The notes beneath the pieces are model-generated. The model searched no databases, was not told the origin of the DNA, and was given only the letters and a program-made list of their open reading frames with translations. Shown in pieces: positions 1-12,027 of a DNA stretch of 58,350 bases. The DNA is taken from contig SBBO01000021.1 of NCBI GenBank assembly GCA_005239675.1, positions 1 through 58,350 of the forward strand. The letters run 5' to 3'. Position numbers and translations under genes: made by a program. The DNA is from Planctomycetales bacterium. GTDB lineage: Bacteria > Omnitrophota > Gorgyraeia > Zapsychrales > Zapsychraceae. Positions within the stretch are counted from its first letter, which is position 1; every line of letters begins with the position of its first letter.

Positions 1-199
1 CAGGTTCTCAAGGGGATTTTGACGTTGGTAACTATTTTTAGTTTTATTTTTTGTTTGCTTAGCGGTTTAAGTTTGTCTTCTGGCTGATAGATAGCCAGTC
101 CGTTCTTTAATTTTTCAAACGTTTCTTTTGTAAAAATTAAAAGCTTTTTTAGGGGGTAACAATCTATTATCCCATTCCCGCAAAAATATAAATAAAGAC

Positions 200-227
200 T
201 TGACAAAGCATTAAGATTGGTTATACT
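200..227 (+). promoter_or_regulatory. Putative sigma70-type promoter (TTGACA-16 nt-TATACT) ahead of tRNA-Thr/rpmG/tRNA-Trp/secE/nusG
   Basis: TTGACA at 200-205 and TATACT at 222-227, about 20 nt upstream of the tRNA 5' end at 248. Sequence match only. Confidence 0.5.
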
Positions 228-247
228 TTCTTAACTTGTTTAAAGTT

Positions 248-320
248 GCCCCTGTAGCTCAGTTGGCAGAGCACGTCCTTGGTAAGGACGGGGTCACCGG
301 TTCAATTCCGGTCGGGGGCT
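248..320 (+). tRNA. tRNA-Thr (anticodon GGU)
   Basis: Cloverleaf by hand: acceptor GCCCCTG/CGGGGGC, anticodon stem CGTCC/GGACG with loop TTGGTAA, T-arm CACCGGTTCAATTCCGGT. Confidence 0.9.
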
Positions 321-353
321 TTGTGCATCCGATGGAAAATTAGGTTTAAAATA

Positions 354-506
354 ATGCGAGAGCCAATCCAATTTGAGTGTACCGAGTGCCATCGTATTAA
401 TTACAGCGCCACCAAAGATAAGAAAAAAAGTCCAGATCGCTTAGAGCTTAAGAAGTATTGTCGTTTTTGCCGTAAGCACCTGATCCATAAAGAAATTAAA
501 AAATAA
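354..506 (+). CDS. rpmG: 50S ribosomal protein L33 (zinc-ribbon form)
   Basis: Internal ATG of ORF 279..506. [25 protein letters not shown]...[15 protein letters not shown] has the CxxC...CxxC L33 pattern. The upstream part of the ORF overlaps the tRNA. Confidence 0.9.
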   Translation: MREPIQFECTECHRINYSATKDKKKSPDRLELKKYCRFCRKHLIHKEIKK

Positions 507-520
507 AGGAAGGCCTTTTT

Positions 521-594
521 AGGCCTGTAGCTCTAACTGGTAGAGCGACGGTCTCCAAAACCGTGGGTTGTAGGTTCGAGTCCTACCAGGCCTG
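521..594 (+). tRNA. tRNA-Trp (anticodon CCA)
   Basis: Acceptor AGGCCTG/CAGGCCT, anticodon loop CTCCAAA, T-arm GTAGGTTCGAGTCCTAC. Classical position before secE-nusG. Confidence 0.9.
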
Positions 595-615
595 TGCCAT
601 TTTTAGCTGGAAACG

Positions 616-801
616 ATGTTGGCAAAAATACAGAAATTTATATCTGAGGTCAAGGTAGAACTCACCAAGGTCTCCTGGTTAACTCGTCAGGAGTTAATCG
701 ATGCGACTAAGATTGTCATGGTGAGCTCGGCATTTTTGGGTGCTGCGATTAGCTCAATGGACTTCGTTCTTTCCAAATTTTTAAGTTTCATTATCAGGTA
801 G
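616..801 (+). CDS. secE: Preprotein translocase subunit SecE
   Basis: 61 aa with one C-terminal hydrophobic helix (IVMVSSAFLGAAISSMDFVL). Conserved position between tRNA-Trp and nusG. Confidence 0.8.
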   Translation: MLAKIQKFISEVKVELTKVSWLTRQELIDATKIVMVSSAFLGAAISSMDFVLSKFLSFIIR

Positions 802-810
802 GTTGCTTCT

Positions 811-1344
811 ATGGGTGAGATGAAATGGTATGTAGTGCATACGCAGACAGGCTCCGAAGAGAAGGCGAAGGCGGGCCTTGAGGGTCGGATGGCCAAGACT
901 GATTTAAAAAAATACATTGGCGAGATTGTTGTCCCCACCGAACAGGTATCTGAAATCCGCGGTGGCAAAAAGCGTATTACTGCCCGAAAATTTTTTCCTG
1001 GCTATCTGATGATTAGGATGGACATGAATAAGGAGAGTTGGTATTTGGTTAAGACGACGCCGGGTATTACGGGTTTTATCGGGCCAGGAGGAAAGCCAGC
1101 CCCGATCTCTGCGGAGGAAATCAAGGCAATCTTGCAACGCACCGAAGATACTGAGACCAAGCCGACGCCCAAAATTGCCTTTGAGGTGGGCGAATCGATA
1201 CGCATTGCTCAAGGGCCATTCACCAACTTTAACGGAACGGTGATGGAGATTCATCCGGAGAGGGGGAAGTTGAAGGTGGGCGTATCTATTTTTGGGAGAT
1301 TCACCTTGGTTGAGTTGGAATACTGGCAGATGGAGAAGATATAA
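811..1344 (+). CDS. nusG: Transcription termination/antitermination factor NusG
   Basis: NGN start [16 protein letters not shown] and KOW motif [21 protein letters not shown]. Start could be 811 or 820. Confidence 0.95.
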   Translation: MGEMKWYVVHTQTGSEEKAKAGLEGRMAKTDLKKYIGEIVVPTEQVSEIRGGKKRITARKFFPGYLMIRMDMNKESWYLVKTTPGITGFIGPGGKPAPISAEEIKAILQRTEDTETKPTPKIAFEVGESIRIAQGPFTNFNGTVMEIHPERGKLKVGVSIFGRFTLVELEYWQMEKI

Positions 1345-1345
1345 G

Positions 1346-1771
1346 ATGGCTAAAGAAGTTGTTGCGCAAATCAAGTTGTATGTACCGGGAGGGCAGGCAA
1401 ACCCTGCGCCACCGGTGGGGCCTGCGTTGGGTCAGCATGGCGTCAATATCATGATGTTTTGTAAGGCCTTTAACGAAAAGACCAAGGGTCGGGAAGGGTT
1501 GATCTTGCCAGCCGTCATCACGGTGTACAAGGACAAAACGTTTGATTTTATCATTAAGACCCCCCCTAGCGCCGTCTTAATTAAAAAGGCAGCAAATCTG
1601 GCCAAGGCCTCGGGGACGGCAGGCAGGGAAAAAATAGGGCAAATCAGCCGTAAGCAGATCGAAGAGATCGCTAAGGTTAAGATGGAAGATTTAAATACTG
1701 CTGATTCTGCGCAGGCAATCAAAACCATTGAAGGGACCGCTAGGAGCATGGGCATAGCGGTCGTGGCTTAA
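1346..1771 (+). CDS. rplK: 50S ribosomal protein L11
   Basis: Internal ATG of ORF 1292..1771. [11 protein letters not shown]...[22 protein letters not shown]. Confidence 0.95.
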   Translation: MAKEVVAQIKLYVPGGQANPAPPVGPALGQHGVNIMMFCKAFNEKTKGREGLILPAVITVYKDKTFDFIIKTPPSAVLIKKAANLAKASGTAGREKIGQISRKQIEEIAKVKMEDLNTADSAQAIKTIEGTARSMGIAVVA

Positions 1772-1772
1772 T

Positions 1773-2453
1773 ATGATTAAGATCAGTAAGCGCATGAAAA
1801 AGGCCTTAGAGCAAGTGAGTACTGAAAAGACATATTCACTTTCGGAGGCCATTGAAAACATCGAGAGATTTCCTAGGGTGAAATTTGATGAAACAGTTGA
1901 GCTCCATTTTATGCTTAATATAGACACTAAAAGTTCTGACCAGTCCATCCGGGGAACTGTTCTTTTGCCGCATGGGACGGGTAAGACCGTGCGCATCGCT
2001 GTTTTTTGTAAGGGCGAGCAGGAACAAAAGGCCAGGGAGGCGGGAGCTGATTGGGTGGGCGCTGAGGAGCTGATCGAAAAAGTAGCCAAAGGATTTATGG
2101 ATTTTGATGTAGTCGTCGCTACGCCTGACATGATGAAAGATTTGAGCAAATTGGGGAAGATTCTGGGGCCACGTGGCCTAATGCCCACCCCCAAGGCAGG
2201 GACGGTGAGTGTCGATGTCGCAAAGGCGATCAAAGAGGTGAAGGCGGGTAAGATCGAATTTAAATCGGACAAGCAGGCGGGTGTTCATGTGATCGTTGGT
2301 AAGCGCTCCTTTTTAAAAGAAAAACTCTTGGAGAACGCGACCCATATTATCGAGGCGATCAATCACGCCAAGCCCGCTTCGGTCAAGGGAAACCTGATCA
2401 AAAATATTTCTTTATCAACAACGATGGGACCTGGATTGAAGGTGGCACTATGA
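1773..2453 (+). CDS. rplA: 50S ribosomal protein L1
   Basis: 226 aa, GTVLLPHGTGKTVRIAVF motif, position after rplK. Confidence 0.95.
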   Translation: MIKISKRMKKALEQVSTEKTYSLSEAIENIERFPRVKFDETVELHFMLNIDTKSSDQSIRGTVLLPHGTGKTVRIAVFCKGEQEQKAREAGADWVGAEELIEKVAKGFMDFDVVVATPDMMKDLSKLGKILGPRGLMPTPKAGTVSVDVAKAIKEVKAGKIEFKSDKQAGVHVIVGKRSFLKEKLLENATHIIEAINHAKPASVKGNLIKNISLSTTMGPGLKVAL

Positions 2454-2980
2454 AAAGGGTAGGTCAGGCATTTCGCGAGAATCTCGTAAACCGGATCAAG
2501 GATGGCTTCGGCCAAAATGAATGTATTTTTTTGGTCAGCTATTCTCAGGTTCCCGGGTCCCAACTCAATGATTTTCGCAAGCGTTTGAAAGCGGCTGGAG
2601 CGCAAGTGTATGTTTCCAAAAATTCACTCGCCCAGATTGCTCTTAAGGATATTCAACAAAGGCCCATGGCCGAAAAGATAACCGGTCAGATGGCTTTTGT
2701 TTGGGGCAGGGCCGATTCGGCGGCCATGGCCAAGGCCCTTGTTCAATTCGCTAAAGAATGTCCCAATATTGCTATCCGTGGCGGGCTATTGGATGGCACG
2801 ATTATCGAGAAAGAGCAAATTATCCGATTATCCGAACTGCCTTCGCGTGCGGTCCTGTTGGCCATGTTGTTGGCTGCGATTCAGTCACCGCTAACACGCC
2901 TGGCAGGGACACTGAATGCGAAGACTGGGGAACTTTTATCCATATTGAAACAATTAAGTGTAAAAAGGGGAGGAAATTAA
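2450..2980 (+). CDS. rplJ: 50S ribosomal protein L10
   Basis: 176 aa, 4-nt overlap with rplA, position before rplL, L10-like [19 protein letters not shown]. Confidence 0.9.
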   Translation: MKRVGQAFRENLVNRIKDGFGQNECIFLVSYSQVPGSQLNDFRKRLKAAGAQVYVSKNSLAQIALKDIQQRPMAEKITGQMAFVWGRADSAAMAKALVQFAKECPNIAIRGGLLDGTIIEKEQIIRLSELPSRAVLLAMLLAAIQSPLTRLAGTLNAKTGELLSILKQLSVKRGGN

Positions 2981-2981
2981 A

Positions 2982-3437
2982 ATGTCGGAAGATACAGCAA
3001 CAGCCAATCAACAGCAACAAGAGAAGAAAGCAGGCAAAGAGCTTTCTTCTAAACTGAGCGAAGTCATTAAGACAATCGAGGGTCTAACCGCGCTTGAAAT
3101 TTCAGAACTGGTCAAAGCGCTTGAAGATAAATTTGGCATACAGGCTGCCGCACCGATGGCAGCAGGGGCGATGATGTTCCCGGGTGGGGCACCTGGCGCT
3201 GGGGCAGCGGCTCCCGTCGAGGAGAAAACCGCCTTCGATGTGGTCCTCAAAGAAGTGGGCGCTAACAAGATTGCCGTAATCAAAGAGGTCCGCGGGGCCA
3301 CTAACCTTGGCCTCAAGGAGGCTAAAGATCTTGTTGAGGCGGCACCCAAGACCGTTAAAGAAGGGGTGGCTAAAGAAGAGGCCGAAGACCTTAAGAAGAA
3401 GCTCGAGGCCGCCGGGGCCAAGGTTGAGTTAAAATAA
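2982..3437 (+). CDS. rplL: 50S ribosomal protein L7/L12 with ~22-aa N-terminal extension
   Basis: C-terminal domain [24 protein letters not shown], Ala/Gly hinge, GGAGG SD upstream of ATG 2982. Confidence 0.95.
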   Translation: MSEDTATANQQQQEKKAGKELSSKLSEVIKTIEGLTALEISELVKALEDKFGIQAAAPMAAGAMMFPGGAPGAGAAAPVEEKTAFDVVLKEVGANKIAVIKEVRGATNLGLKEAKDLVEAAPKTVKEGVAKEEAEDLKKKLEAAGAKVELK

Positions 3438-3522
3438 TTCACCCTAGCGCATTGATTTGAGCATTTTTTTAACAATATGAAATCAGCCATTTGGCAATTA
3501 ATCTTCAGCAACGCAGGGGAAT

Positions 3523-6500
3523 ATGGAAAAACTCAAAACTAGAAATTTCAGCAAATTTAAGGACGATTTTGAGATCCCACACCTCTTAGGCATCCAGACC
3601 GAGGCCTATGAACAGTTTTTACAGGTAGGAATTTCCCCTGACAGACGTAAATGTCAGGGCCTAGAAGAAGTATTCCGCGATGTCTTTCCGTTGGAAAGTT
3701 ATGATGGCCAGATTAAGTTGGAGTACATCAATTATTCTGTCGGGAAGCAAAAGTACGATGCCGGTGAATGCAAGAGACGTGGCATGACTTATGCGGCCCC
3801 GCTCAAAATAAAACTACGCCTGATTACGCCTGTTGATATCAAGGAGCAGGAAGTTTATTTTGGGGAGTTCCCATTAATGACCGAGACGGGGACATTCATC
3901 ATTAATGGCGATGAGCGGGTTGTGGTCTCTCAGATTCAGCGACCGCCAGGTGTTTCCTTTGAAGAGGAGCTACACCCAACAGGTAAGAGTATTTTTCATG
4001 GCCGCATCATTCCGTCGCGCGGCGCCTGGTTTGAAATCAAATATGATCTGAATAATATTTTTCTGGCGTATGTCGATCGCAGGAGAAACTTCCCCATCAC
4101 ACAAATCCTACGTATTATGGGACTATCGACGACTGAAGATATGCGCGCGATGCTCACTGATAGTTTTGAGAAAATACAGCCCACCCTTGAGAAAGATCAC
4201 ACGACCAATAAAGAAGAAGCCCTTTTGGATTTTTATCGCAAGATGCGTCCGACTGAACCGGCAACGGTTGAGGTGGCCGATACGCTATTTTTTCGCCTTT
4301 TCTTCGACCCCAAGCGATATGATCTCAGCAAGGTCGGACGTCACATCATCAATCGAAAACTCAATATGGATTCATCCATGGACAGCAGAGTCCTCGATAT
4401 CGCCACCATCGTCGAGGTTATCCGTTATCTAACGAATTTACGTAACGGTATAGGCGAGACCGATGATATTGACCATCTGGGAAATAGACGCATTAAAACT
4501 GTCGGAGAACTGATCCAGAACCAGGTACGCATTGGCCTGGCGCGTCTGGAGCGTTCGATTAAGGAACGCCTGGTCGTGATGAGCAGCTTTGAAAATCTAA
4601 CAGCGCATCATCTGATTAACTCCAGACTTTTTTCTAACCAGATTCAGGATTTCTTCGCCCGGAGTCAATTGTCCCAATTCATGGATCAGGTTAATCCACT
4701 TTCCGAGATGACCCATAAAAGACGTTTGAGCGCCTTGGGGCCCGGTGGGCTATCGCGCGAGCGTGCGGGTTTTGAGGTCCGTGATGTCCATCACACCCAT
4801 TATGGGCGTGTCTGTCCCATCGAGACACCAGAGGGACCCAACATTGGACTTATCGCAACGCTTACAAATTGTGCCCGCGTTAACGAGCTCGGGTTTATTG
4901 AGACCCCTTACCGCAAGGTGGTTGATGGGCAGGTCACCAACAAAATAGAATATCTCACCGCTGATAAAGACCAGACGGTTCATATTGCCCAGGCCAATTC
5001 ACCGATTAATAAAGACGGCCAGCTCCTTGAAAAAGAGGTCTCCTGTCGTTACAAAACGGATTTTCCCAAGATTTCCCCCAAAGATGTTAGTCATATGGAT
5101 GTCTCGTCGTTGCAGGTGGTGTCGGTGGCAGCGTCTCTCATTCCTTTCTTGGAGCATGATGACGCTAATCGTGCGTTGATGGGGTCTAATATGCAGCGTC
5201 AGGCGGTTCCAGTAATGATTCCCGAAGTTCCCTATGTGCAGACAGGGATGGAAGGAAAAGTTGCTCGTGATTCTGGTGTCGTCATCCTGGCTCAACAGTC
5301 GGGTGTCGTCACCAAAGTGGATGCGAGCGAAATAACTATTGGTGACACGGTGTACCCATTGAGTAATTTTCAGCGGACCAACGCCAATACCTGCATTCAG
5401 CAAAGCCCTCTCGTTAATGTTGGCGATAAAGTCCAGGCCGGTCAAGTTATTGCCGATGGGATTGGGACGAAAGATGGGTGTCTGGCCCTTGGTTGCAATG
5501 TCTTGGTTGCGTTCATGCCTTGGCGCGGGTTTAATTTTGAGGACGCGATCCTTATCAATGAACGGCTGTTGCGTGAAGACAAATTTACCTCAATTCACAT
5601 TGAGCGTTTTGAGGCGGAGTGCCGCGAGACGCGTCTGGGTAACGAAGAAATTACCCGTGACATCCCCAACGTCGGCGAAGATGCCTTAGTTAATTTGAAT
5701 GAAGACGGCATCGTTCGTATCGGTGCAGAGGTGAGGGCTGGAGATATTCTGGCGGGGAAAGTTACCCCTAAAAGCGAAAAGGAACTTTCGCCCGAGGAGC
5801 GGTTGCTCCGGGCGATCTTTGGAGAAAAGGCCGCCGATATCCGCGATACGTCCTTAACGCTTCCTCCTGGCATCGAGGGGGTCGTTATCCATACGGAAAT
5901 TTTTCAGCGTGCCGAGCGTGGACGCAAGACTAAAGAAGATAAAAAGAAAGAGATGGAGGCACTCGAGAAGATCAATGCCTACTATAAGCAGGAAATCCAA
6001 TTCGCCGAGGAAGAAAAGCAGCGGAAATTGTGCAAACTGCTGGCTATTGATCAAAAGAAGCTTAGCAAGATCAGATTTGATGAGTTTAAAGATGATTCCG
6101 AAGAACTTGAGATTGTCCATTTTTACGATGATAAGATCGCTCAATTGATCGAAGAGGAAGCACAAGAGTCAGAGCGCATCCGTCGTGGCGATGAGCTGCC
6201 CGCCGGCGTCCTCAAGAGGGTTGTCGTGCATGTGGCAACCAAACGCAAAGTTGCCGAAGGGGACAAAATGGCCGGACGCCACGGGAACAAAGGAATAGTA
6301 TCGCGCATTCTACCCGAGGAAGATATGCCGTTTTTAGAAGACGGTACGTCTGTAGATATTGTCCTTAATCCGCTGGGGGTCCCTTCGCGTATGAATGTGG
6401 GGCAACTGCTCGAGACTCATTTGGGATGGGCAGCGAAGACGCTGGGATTTCATGCCATAACACCAGTCTTTAATGGGGCAACGGAATCTGAGATCCAGGC

Positions 6501-7023
6501 ATGCCTCAAGGAGGCAGGATTAGCGCAAGAGGGAAAGACGACTGTCTATGATGGACACACGGGGATTCCCTTTGAGCAGAAAGTGACGGTCGGCTATATC
6601 TATATGTTGAAGTTGAATCATTTAGTCGATGAAAAGATTCATGCCCGTTCCATTGGACCATATTCATTGGTTACTCAGCAACCGCTGGGGGGCAAGGCGC
6701 ATTTTGGTGGACAGCGTTTTGGTGAAATGGAAGTTTGGGCCCTTGAGGCCTATGGGGCGGCCTATACACTGCAGGAGATGTTGACGGTTAAAAGCGATGA
6801 TGTAACTGGACGTAGCCGGATGTATGAGGCGATCGTCAAGGGGCAGCAGAAGTTGCAACCGGGAACACCGGAATCGTTTAATGTTCTTGTCAAAGAGCTC
6901 CAGGGGCTGTGTTTGGATATTCAAATGGTCAAATCTACCGCGGCAACTGAGCAGCAGACAGACAAACTTTTAGCGAAACTCAAGGAAAAAATCGTCGAAT
7001 CGGAAAAAGCGGAAAATGACTAA
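3523..7023 (+). CDS. rpoB: DNA-directed RNA polymerase subunit beta
   Basis: 1166 aa. [31 protein letters not shown] and [10 protein letters not shown] motifs. Confidence 0.97.
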   Translation: MEKLKTRNFSKFKDDFEIPHLLGIQTEAYEQFLQVGISPDRRKCQGLEEVFRDVFPLESYDGQIKLEYINYSVGKQKYDAGECKRRGMTYAAPLKIKLRLITPVDIKEQEVYFGEFPLMTETGTFIINGDERVVVSQIQRPPGVSFEEELHPTGKSIFHGRIIPSRGAWFEIKYDLNNIFLAYVDRRRNFPITQILRIMGLSTTEDMRAMLTDSFEKIQPTLEKDHTTNKEEALLDFYRKMRPTEPATVEVADTLFFRLFFDPKRYDLSKVGRHIINRKLNMDSSMDSRVLDIATIVEVIRYLTNLRNGIGETDDIDHLGNRRIKTVGELIQNQVRIGLARLERSIKERLVVMSSFENLTAHHLINSRLFSNQIQDFFARSQLSQFMDQVNPLSEMTHKRRLSALGPGGLSRERAGFEVRDVHHTHYGRVCPIETPEGPNIGLIATLTNCARVNELGFIETPYRKVVDGQVTNKIEYLTADKDQTVHIAQANSPINKDGQLLEKEVSCRYKTDFPKISPKDVSHMDVSSLQVVSVAASLIPFLEHDDANRALMGSNMQRQAVPVMIPEVPYVQTGMEGKVARDSGVVILAQQSGVVTKVDASEITIGDTVYPLSNFQRTNANTCIQQSPLVNVGDKVQAGQVIADGIGTKDGCLALGCNVLVAFMPWRGFNFEDAILINERLLREDKFTSIHIERFEAECRETRLGNEEITRDIPNVGEDALVNLNEDGIVRIGAEVRAGDILAGKVTPKSEKELSPEERLLRAIFGEKAADIRDTSLTLPPGIEGVVIHTEIFQRAERGRKTKEDKKKEMEALEKINAYYKQEIQFAEEEKQRKLCKLLAIDQKKLSKIRFDEFKDDSEELEIVHFYDDKIAQLIEEEAQESERIRRGDELPAGVLKRVVVHVATKRKVAEGDKMAGRHGNKGIVSRILPEEDMPFLEDGTSVDIVLNPLGVPSRMNVGQLLETHLGWAAKTLGFHAITPVFNGATESEIQACLKEAGLAQEGKTTVYDGHTGIPFEQKVTVGYIYMLKLNHLVDEKIHARSIGPYSLVTQQPLGGKAHFGGQRFGEMEVWALEAYGAAYTLQEMLTVKSDDVTGRSRMYEAIVKGQQKLQPGTPESFNVLVKELQGLCLDIQMVKSTAATEQQTDKLLAKLKEKIVESEKAEND

Positions 7024-10000
7024 TCTTAAAGAAAAAATTCAGAATCAAGATTATGTAGCGATTCGTATCGCATCTCCGGAGAAAATTCGCTCTTGGTCTT
7101 CTGGTGTTGTTAAAAAGGCCGAGACGTTAAATTATAGAACGTTAAAACCAGAAAAAGACGGACTTTTCTGTGAGAAGATTTTTGGCCCGGTGCGAGACTG
7201 GGAATGCAACTGCGGTAAATACAAGGGTCTTAAATTTAAAGGGATCACCTGTGACCGATGCGGGGTTTTGGTGACACGCGCGGTGGTGCGGCGCGAACGG
7301 ATGGGTCACATCGAATTAGCATGTCCGGTTACTCATATCTGGTTTTATAAGACGGTCCCCAGTCGTTTGGCTGCCTTGCTGCAGGTCGGTCTGCGGGATA
7401 TGGAGAAGCTGATCTATTATGAAGAGTACATTGTCATTGATCCGGGTCACACCCCTTTAAAGAAAAATCAGTTTTTAACTGAAGATGAATATCAGGATGC
7501 CCTGATCAAGTATGGTGGCGGATTCAAGACCAAGATTGGCGCTGAGGCCGTGCGGGATCTTTTGCGGGATCTTGATCTGAATATCTTAAGTAAGAAACTT
7601 CGTAAAGATCTTGAGAAAGCCAATCCCACCGGGACAAATCACAAGAAGATTGTAAAGACCCTCAAGGTGACCGAGGATTTTAAGAAGTCGGGCAATGCCC
7701 CGCATTGGATGGTCTTGGATGTCCTCCCGGTGATTCCACCAGACCTACGACCACTGGTTCCACTTGAAGGAGGACGCTTTGCCACCTCTGACTTAAATGA
7801 TCTTTACCGACGGGTTATCAATCGTAATAATAGACTTAAGAAACTTCTTGATCTTAAGGCCCCCGATATCATCTGTCGCAATGAAAAACGCATGCTTCAG
7901 GAGGCCGTTGATGCCTTGTTGAATAACGGCCGACACGGCCGTCCGGTCTTGGGCGCGGGGAATCGGCCACTCAAATCTCTTTCCGATATGTTAAAAGGAA
8001 AGCAGGGGCGGTTTCGTATGAATCTCTTGGGTAAGCGTGTGGATTATTCGGGGCGTTCGGTTATCGTCGTTGGTCCAAACCTTAAGTTACATCAATGCGG
8101 TCTACCTAAGAAAATGGCCTTGGAATTGTTTGAACCTTTTATTATTCGTAAGCTGCGTGAGAAGGGCTATGTCCATACGATTAAAGGCGCCAAGCGCATG
8201 GTAGAAAAAGAGCGGGCCGAGGTCTGGGATATCCTCGATGAGGTCATCCAAGATCATCCGGTTATGCTCAATCGTGCCCCGACCTTGCACCGTTTAAGCA
8301 TCCAGGCGTTTTATCCTATGCTCGTTGAAGGAAAGGCCATCAAGCTACATCCTCTCGTCTGTGCGGCTTTTAACGCTGATTTCGATGGTGATCAGATGGC
8401 GGTTCACGTGCCGCTTTCTTTGGAGGCCCAGATGGAGTGCCGTTTGGAACTGCTCTCCATTAATAATTTATTTTCACCGGCGGATGGTCGACCGATTGTC
8501 ACTCCTTCCCAGGACATGGTTTTGGGGTTGTATTATCTGACAAAGGAAGATGAGAAAAGTCCAGGAGATGATCGTATCTTTGCTACGCCACAGGAGGTCA
8601 TTATTGCTTTTAATGATGGTTTGCTGGGCTTGCATAGACGGATTAAATTGCGTACGGACACTGTAGTTTGGGGGGAGGAGAAACCATCGCTTGTCATATC
8701 TCAAGAGGAAGCGTTGCATGGAATCGATGAGAACAAAAAGAGAGAGGAAGACAAGACCTCTTTGAATAAAGATGTTAAGGGTTTGCTGCCTATTATTGAA
8801 ACAACGGTGGGCCGTGTTTTGTTTAATGAGATCATTCCGCCTGAATTTGGGTTTGTCAACGAACTTTTGGATAAAAAGAAGATCGGGGCGATTGTTACCG
8901 ATTGCTATAAACGCTTTGGTCAGAGCAAAACGATTAAGCTTCTGGATGATTTAAAAGAAGCCGGGTTTATCAATGCCACCTTAGCCGGGATCTCGATTGG
9001 CATCTGTGACATGACAATCCCCCAGGAGAAATCCGCTATCCTTAAGAATTCCAAACAGGAGATTACCAAGGTTGAAGACCAATACCGCAAAGGGATCATT
9101 ACCGGACGAGAGCGTTACAACAAGATTATTGACATCTGGACGCATACGACCGAAACAATGTCAGATCTTGTCTTTAAACAAATGGATCCGTTCAATCCTG
9201 TATTTATCATGGCTGACTCAGGGGCGCGTGGATCGCGATTGCAGATTCGTCAGCTTTCTGGCATGCGTGGTCTTATGGCTAAACCAACAGGTGAGATTAT
9301 TGAGAATCCCATTACTGCCAGTTTCCGCGAAGGACTGACGGTGCTGGAGTATTTTATTTCTACGCACGGGGCACGCAAAGGTTTGGCGGATACGGCACTC
9401 AAGACTGCCGATGCTGGATATTTGACACGTCGCCTGGTGGATGTGGCCCAAGAAGTTGTTGTTACGATCCAAGATTGCGGCACGCTCAATGGGATTACGG
9501 TTTCGGCAATCGTTGAGGGAGATGAGCTGGTGGTGAGTCTCAAGGAACGCATCATGGGGCGGGTGGCTCTCGACAGTATTGTGGACATTGTGACCGACCA
9601 GAAAGTCGTTGAGGCGGGGGAAGTCATTGATGAAGAAACCGCTGAATTTATTGAACATCTTGGCATTGAAAAGGTGCGTATCCGCAGCGTCTTAACCTGT
9701 GAGGCTGATCGGGGGGTTTGTGTCAAATGTTATGGCCGTAATCTCGCGACCCAGCGTCTGGTCGAAGTTGGGGAGGCGGTAGGGACAGTCGCGGCCCAGA
9801 GCATTGGAGAGCCAGGGACCCAGCTCACCATGCGCACGTTTCATATCGGTGGAACCGCCAGTCGTGCCATCGAGCAATCATTTTACAAAAGCAAGAATGC
9901 TGGGATCGTCAAATATCATCAGTTGCGGGTGGTTGCCAAGGGTAGTGAATTTATCGTTTTGAATCGCAATGGTTCGGTCAGTATCAACAATGACTACGGA

Positions 10001-11167
10001 CGCGAATTCGAACGCTATCAACTTCCTCAGGGCGCTGTGCTCAAAGTAGCCGATGGCACTTCTATTCTCAAGGACTATGTCTTCGTTACCTGGGATCCCT
10101 ACACAGTGCCGATTATAACGGAAGTCAAGGGGCATGTTACTTCTGAAGACCTATTGCCCGATGTCACTGTTCAAGAAGAACAGAACCCCGTCACGGGTGT
10201 TACCGAACGTGTCATCGTGGAACACAAACAGGAATATCATCCACAGATCATTATTGCCGATGACAAAAAGGAGATCGTGGGTATTTATTCGATTCCTATT
10301 GGCGCCCATATTCTTGTTAAGGATAAGCAGCAGATTAATGCAGGGGATCTCATTGCCAAGATTCCGCGTGGTCTCGGAAAGACGCGTGATATTACCGGGG
10401 GTTTGCCGCGCGTGGCGGAATTATTTGAGGCTCGGCGTCCCAAGGATCCGGCGATCATCAGCGAGCTCGATGGGACCGTTGAGTTCAGTCAAGATAAAAA
10501 AGGCCGCAGGACCATTATTGTTAAAAGCCCTACAGGGATGGCCGCGGAATATACTATCCCTCATGGTAAACATCCCAACGTGTACAAGGGTGATCGTGTC
10601 TTTGCTGGCCAACAATTAACAGACGGTCCGGTCGTCCCTCACGATATCTTACACGTCTGCGGGGATAAGGTACTTCAGGAGTATCTTTTAAATGAGGTTC
10701 AGGAGGTTTATCGTCTCCAAGGAGTGCGTATCAACGATAAGCACATTGAGTTGATTATTGGGCAAATGCTCAAAAAAGTTAAGATTGAGGATTCCGGAGA
10801 TACCGAATTTTTAATTGGAGAACAGGTCAATCGGACAACGTTTAAGAAGACCAATGAAGAGATTGTCAAAAAGAAGGGAAAACCCGCCCAGGCAACACCA
10901 TTGCTCTTGGGGATTACGAAAGTATCTTTAACGACTGAAAGCTTTATTTCTTCTGCGAGCTTTCAAGAAACAACACGAGTGTTGACAGAGGCAGCCGCAT
11001 CTGGTAAAATTGATCTCCTTTGTGGACTGAAGGAAAACGTTATTGTAGGACACCTCATCCCGGCGGGAACTGGCCTAAAAGAATACGAACATATTGAAGT
11101 GGTGAAACATGCCGACGATAGAACAACTCATCAGGAAACAGAGAATACAGAAAGTCAAAAAGAGTAA
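7016..11167 (+). CDS. rpoC: DNA-directed RNA polymerase subunit beta'
   Basis: 1383 aa. Catalytic [14 protein letters not shown], zinc motif [20 protein letters not shown]. 8-nt overlap with rpoB. Confidence 0.97.
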   Translation: MTNLKEKIQNQDYVAIRIASPEKIRSWSSGVVKKAETLNYRTLKPEKDGLFCEKIFGPVRDWECNCGKYKGLKFKGITCDRCGVLVTRAVVRRERMGHIELACPVTHIWFYKTVPSRLAALLQVGLRDMEKLIYYEEYIVIDPGHTPLKKNQFLTEDEYQDALIKYGGGFKTKIGAEAVRDLLRDLDLNILSKKLRKDLEKANPTGTNHKKIVKTLKVTEDFKKSGNAPHWMVLDVLPVIPPDLRPLVPLEGGRFATSDLNDLYRRVINRNNRLKKLLDLKAPDIICRNEKRMLQEAVDALLNNGRHGRPVLGAGNRPLKSLSDMLKGKQGRFRMNLLGKRVDYSGRSVIVVGPNLKLHQCGLPKKMALELFEPFIIRKLREKGYVHTIKGAKRMVEKERAEVWDILDEVIQDHPVMLNRAPTLHRLSIQAFYPMLVEGKAIKLHPLVCAAFNADFDGDQMAVHVPLSLEAQMECRLELLSINNLFSPADGRPIVTPSQDMVLGLYYLTKEDEKSPGDDRIFATPQEVIIAFNDGLLGLHRRIKLRTDTVVWGEEKPSLVISQEEALHGIDENKKREEDKTSLNKDVKGLLPIIETTVGRVLFNEIIPPEFGFVNELLDKKKIGAIVTDCYKRFGQSKTIKLLDDLKEAGFINATLAGISIGICDMTIPQEKSAILKNSKQEITKVEDQYRKGIITGRERYNKIIDIWTHTTETMSDLVFKQMDPFNPVFIMADSGARGSRLQIRQLSGMRGLMAKPTGEIIENPITASFREGLTVLEYFISTHGARKGLADTALKTADAGYLTRRLVDVAQEVVVTIQDCGTLNGITVSAIVEGDELVVSLKERIMGRVALDSIVDIVTDQKVVEAGEVIDEETAEFIEHLGIEKVRIRSVLTCEADRGVCVKCYGRNLATQRLVEVGEAVGTVAAQSIGEPGTQLTMRTFHIGGTASRAIEQSFYKSKNAGIVKYHQLRVVAKGSEFIVLNRNGSVSINNDYGREFERYQLPQGAVLKVADGTSILKDYVFVTWDPYTVPIITEVKGHVTSEDLLPDVTVQEEQNPVTGVTERVIVEHKQEYHPQIIIADDKKEIVGIYSIPIGAHILVKDKQQINAGDLIAKIPRGLGKTRDITGGLPRVAELFEARRPKDPAIISELDGTVEFSQDKKGRRTIIVKSPTGMAAEYTIPHGKHPNVYKGDRVFAGQQLTDGPVVPHDILHVCGDKVLQEYLLNEVQEVYRLQGVRINDKHIELIIGQMLKKVKIEDSGDTEFLIGEQVNRTTFKKTNEEIVKKKGKPAQATPLLLGITKVSLTTESFISSASFQETTRVLTEAAASGKIDLLCGLKENVIVGHLIPAGTGLKEYEHIEVVKHADDRTTHQETENTESQKE

Positions 11168-11486
11168 ATCGCCTGCCTTGACCAACTGCCCATTTCGACG
11201 GGGTGTTTGTTTGCAGGTGAAGACCATGACGCCCAAGAAACCGAACTCGGCGTTGCGTAAAATTGCCAGGGTCCGTTTATCCAATAAATTTGAAGTTACT
11301 TCTTATATCCCCGGCGAGGGGCACAATTTGCAGGAACACTCCATCGTGCTGGTGCGCGGTGGTCGTGTGAAGGATTTACCCGGTGTGCGTTATCATATCG
11401 TCCGGGGTACGCTAGATACTACAGGAGTGGCCAAGCGCAAGAAATCACGATCTAAATATGGAGCCAAGAGGGACACAGGTAAATAA
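11109..11486 (+). CDS. rpsL: 30S ribosomal protein S12
   Basis: [10 protein letters not shown]...[10 protein letters not shown]...[15 protein letters not shown]. Canonical N-terminus, so the start lies inside the rpoC tail. Confidence 0.95.
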   Translation: MPTIEQLIRKQRIQKVKKSKSPALTNCPFRRGVCLQVKTMTPKKPNSALRKIARVRLSNKFEVTSYIPGEGHNLQEHSIVLVRGGRVKDLPGVRYHIVRGTLDTTGVAKRKKSRSKYGAKRDTGK

Positions 11487-11489
11487 GAT

Positions 11490-11960
11490 ATGCGAAGACG
11501 TATGGCCCAATTACACCAAACTGCCCCAGACCCAAAATACAACAGTCCTTTGGTGACGAAGTTTATCAATTGCATTATGGTTGAAGGTAAAAAGACTGTT
11601 GCGGAAGGAATTGTTTACGGGGCCTTTGACACAATCGATCAAAAAAGTCACGAGACCGGTGCCCTCAAAATATTTAGCAAGGCAATCGACAATGTTCGTC
11701 CGAAGCTGGAAATCAAATCCAGGCGCATCGGAGGGGCGACCTATCAAGTTCCTGTTGAGGTGCCACTGGCGCGTGGGAATTCTCTTGCGATGCGCTGGAT
11801 CCGTGATTTTGCACGTAAGAAAAAAGGTAAGTCCATGATGATTAAGTTGGCAGACGAGCTTATGGCTGCCGCTAAGGGGGAAGGACCGGCGCTTAAAAAG
11901 CGTGACGATACGCATAAGATGGCTGAGGCCAACAAGGCCTTTGCGCATCTACGTTGGTAA
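11490..11960 (+). CDS. rpsG: 30S ribosomal protein S7
   Basis: 156 aa, RRIGGATYQVPVEV motif. Confidence 0.95.
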   Translation: MRRRMAQLHQTAPDPKYNSPLVTKFINCIMVEGKKTVAEGIVYGAFDTIDQKSHETGALKIFSKAIDNVRPKLEIKSRRIGGATYQVPVEVPLARGNSLAMRWIRDFARKKKGKSMMIKLADELMAAAKGEGPALKKRDDTHKMAEANKAFAHLRW

Positions 11961-12027
11961 TATCAAACTGCATCCGCTGGTAGTGCCTGTCTCCGGCTGA
12001 CGCAGTTTTTAATTATTTAAAAAGAAT

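Noticed and set aside
80-98. 6-bp hairpin CTGGCT/AGCCAG with a T-rich trailer near the window start, and a possible truncated minus-strand ORF in 1-140
   Set aside because: The stem is short, and no flanking gene is visible to terminate. The minus-strand frame has no identifiable start or motif.
279-353. N-terminal part of ORF 279..506
   Set aside because: It overlaps the 3' half of tRNA-Thr. The L33 sequence starts at the internal ATG 354.
1691-2272. 193-aa antisense ORF opposite rplA. Similar long antisense ORFs lie at 3008..3511 (opposite rplL), 9250..9726 (opposite rpoC) and 21242..21790 (spanning almost exactly rplE).
   Set aside because: These are shadow ORFs inside highly conserved sense genes. 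Their translations are low-complexity (S/L/R/P-rich) with no recognisable motifs, no SD and no independent intergenic context.
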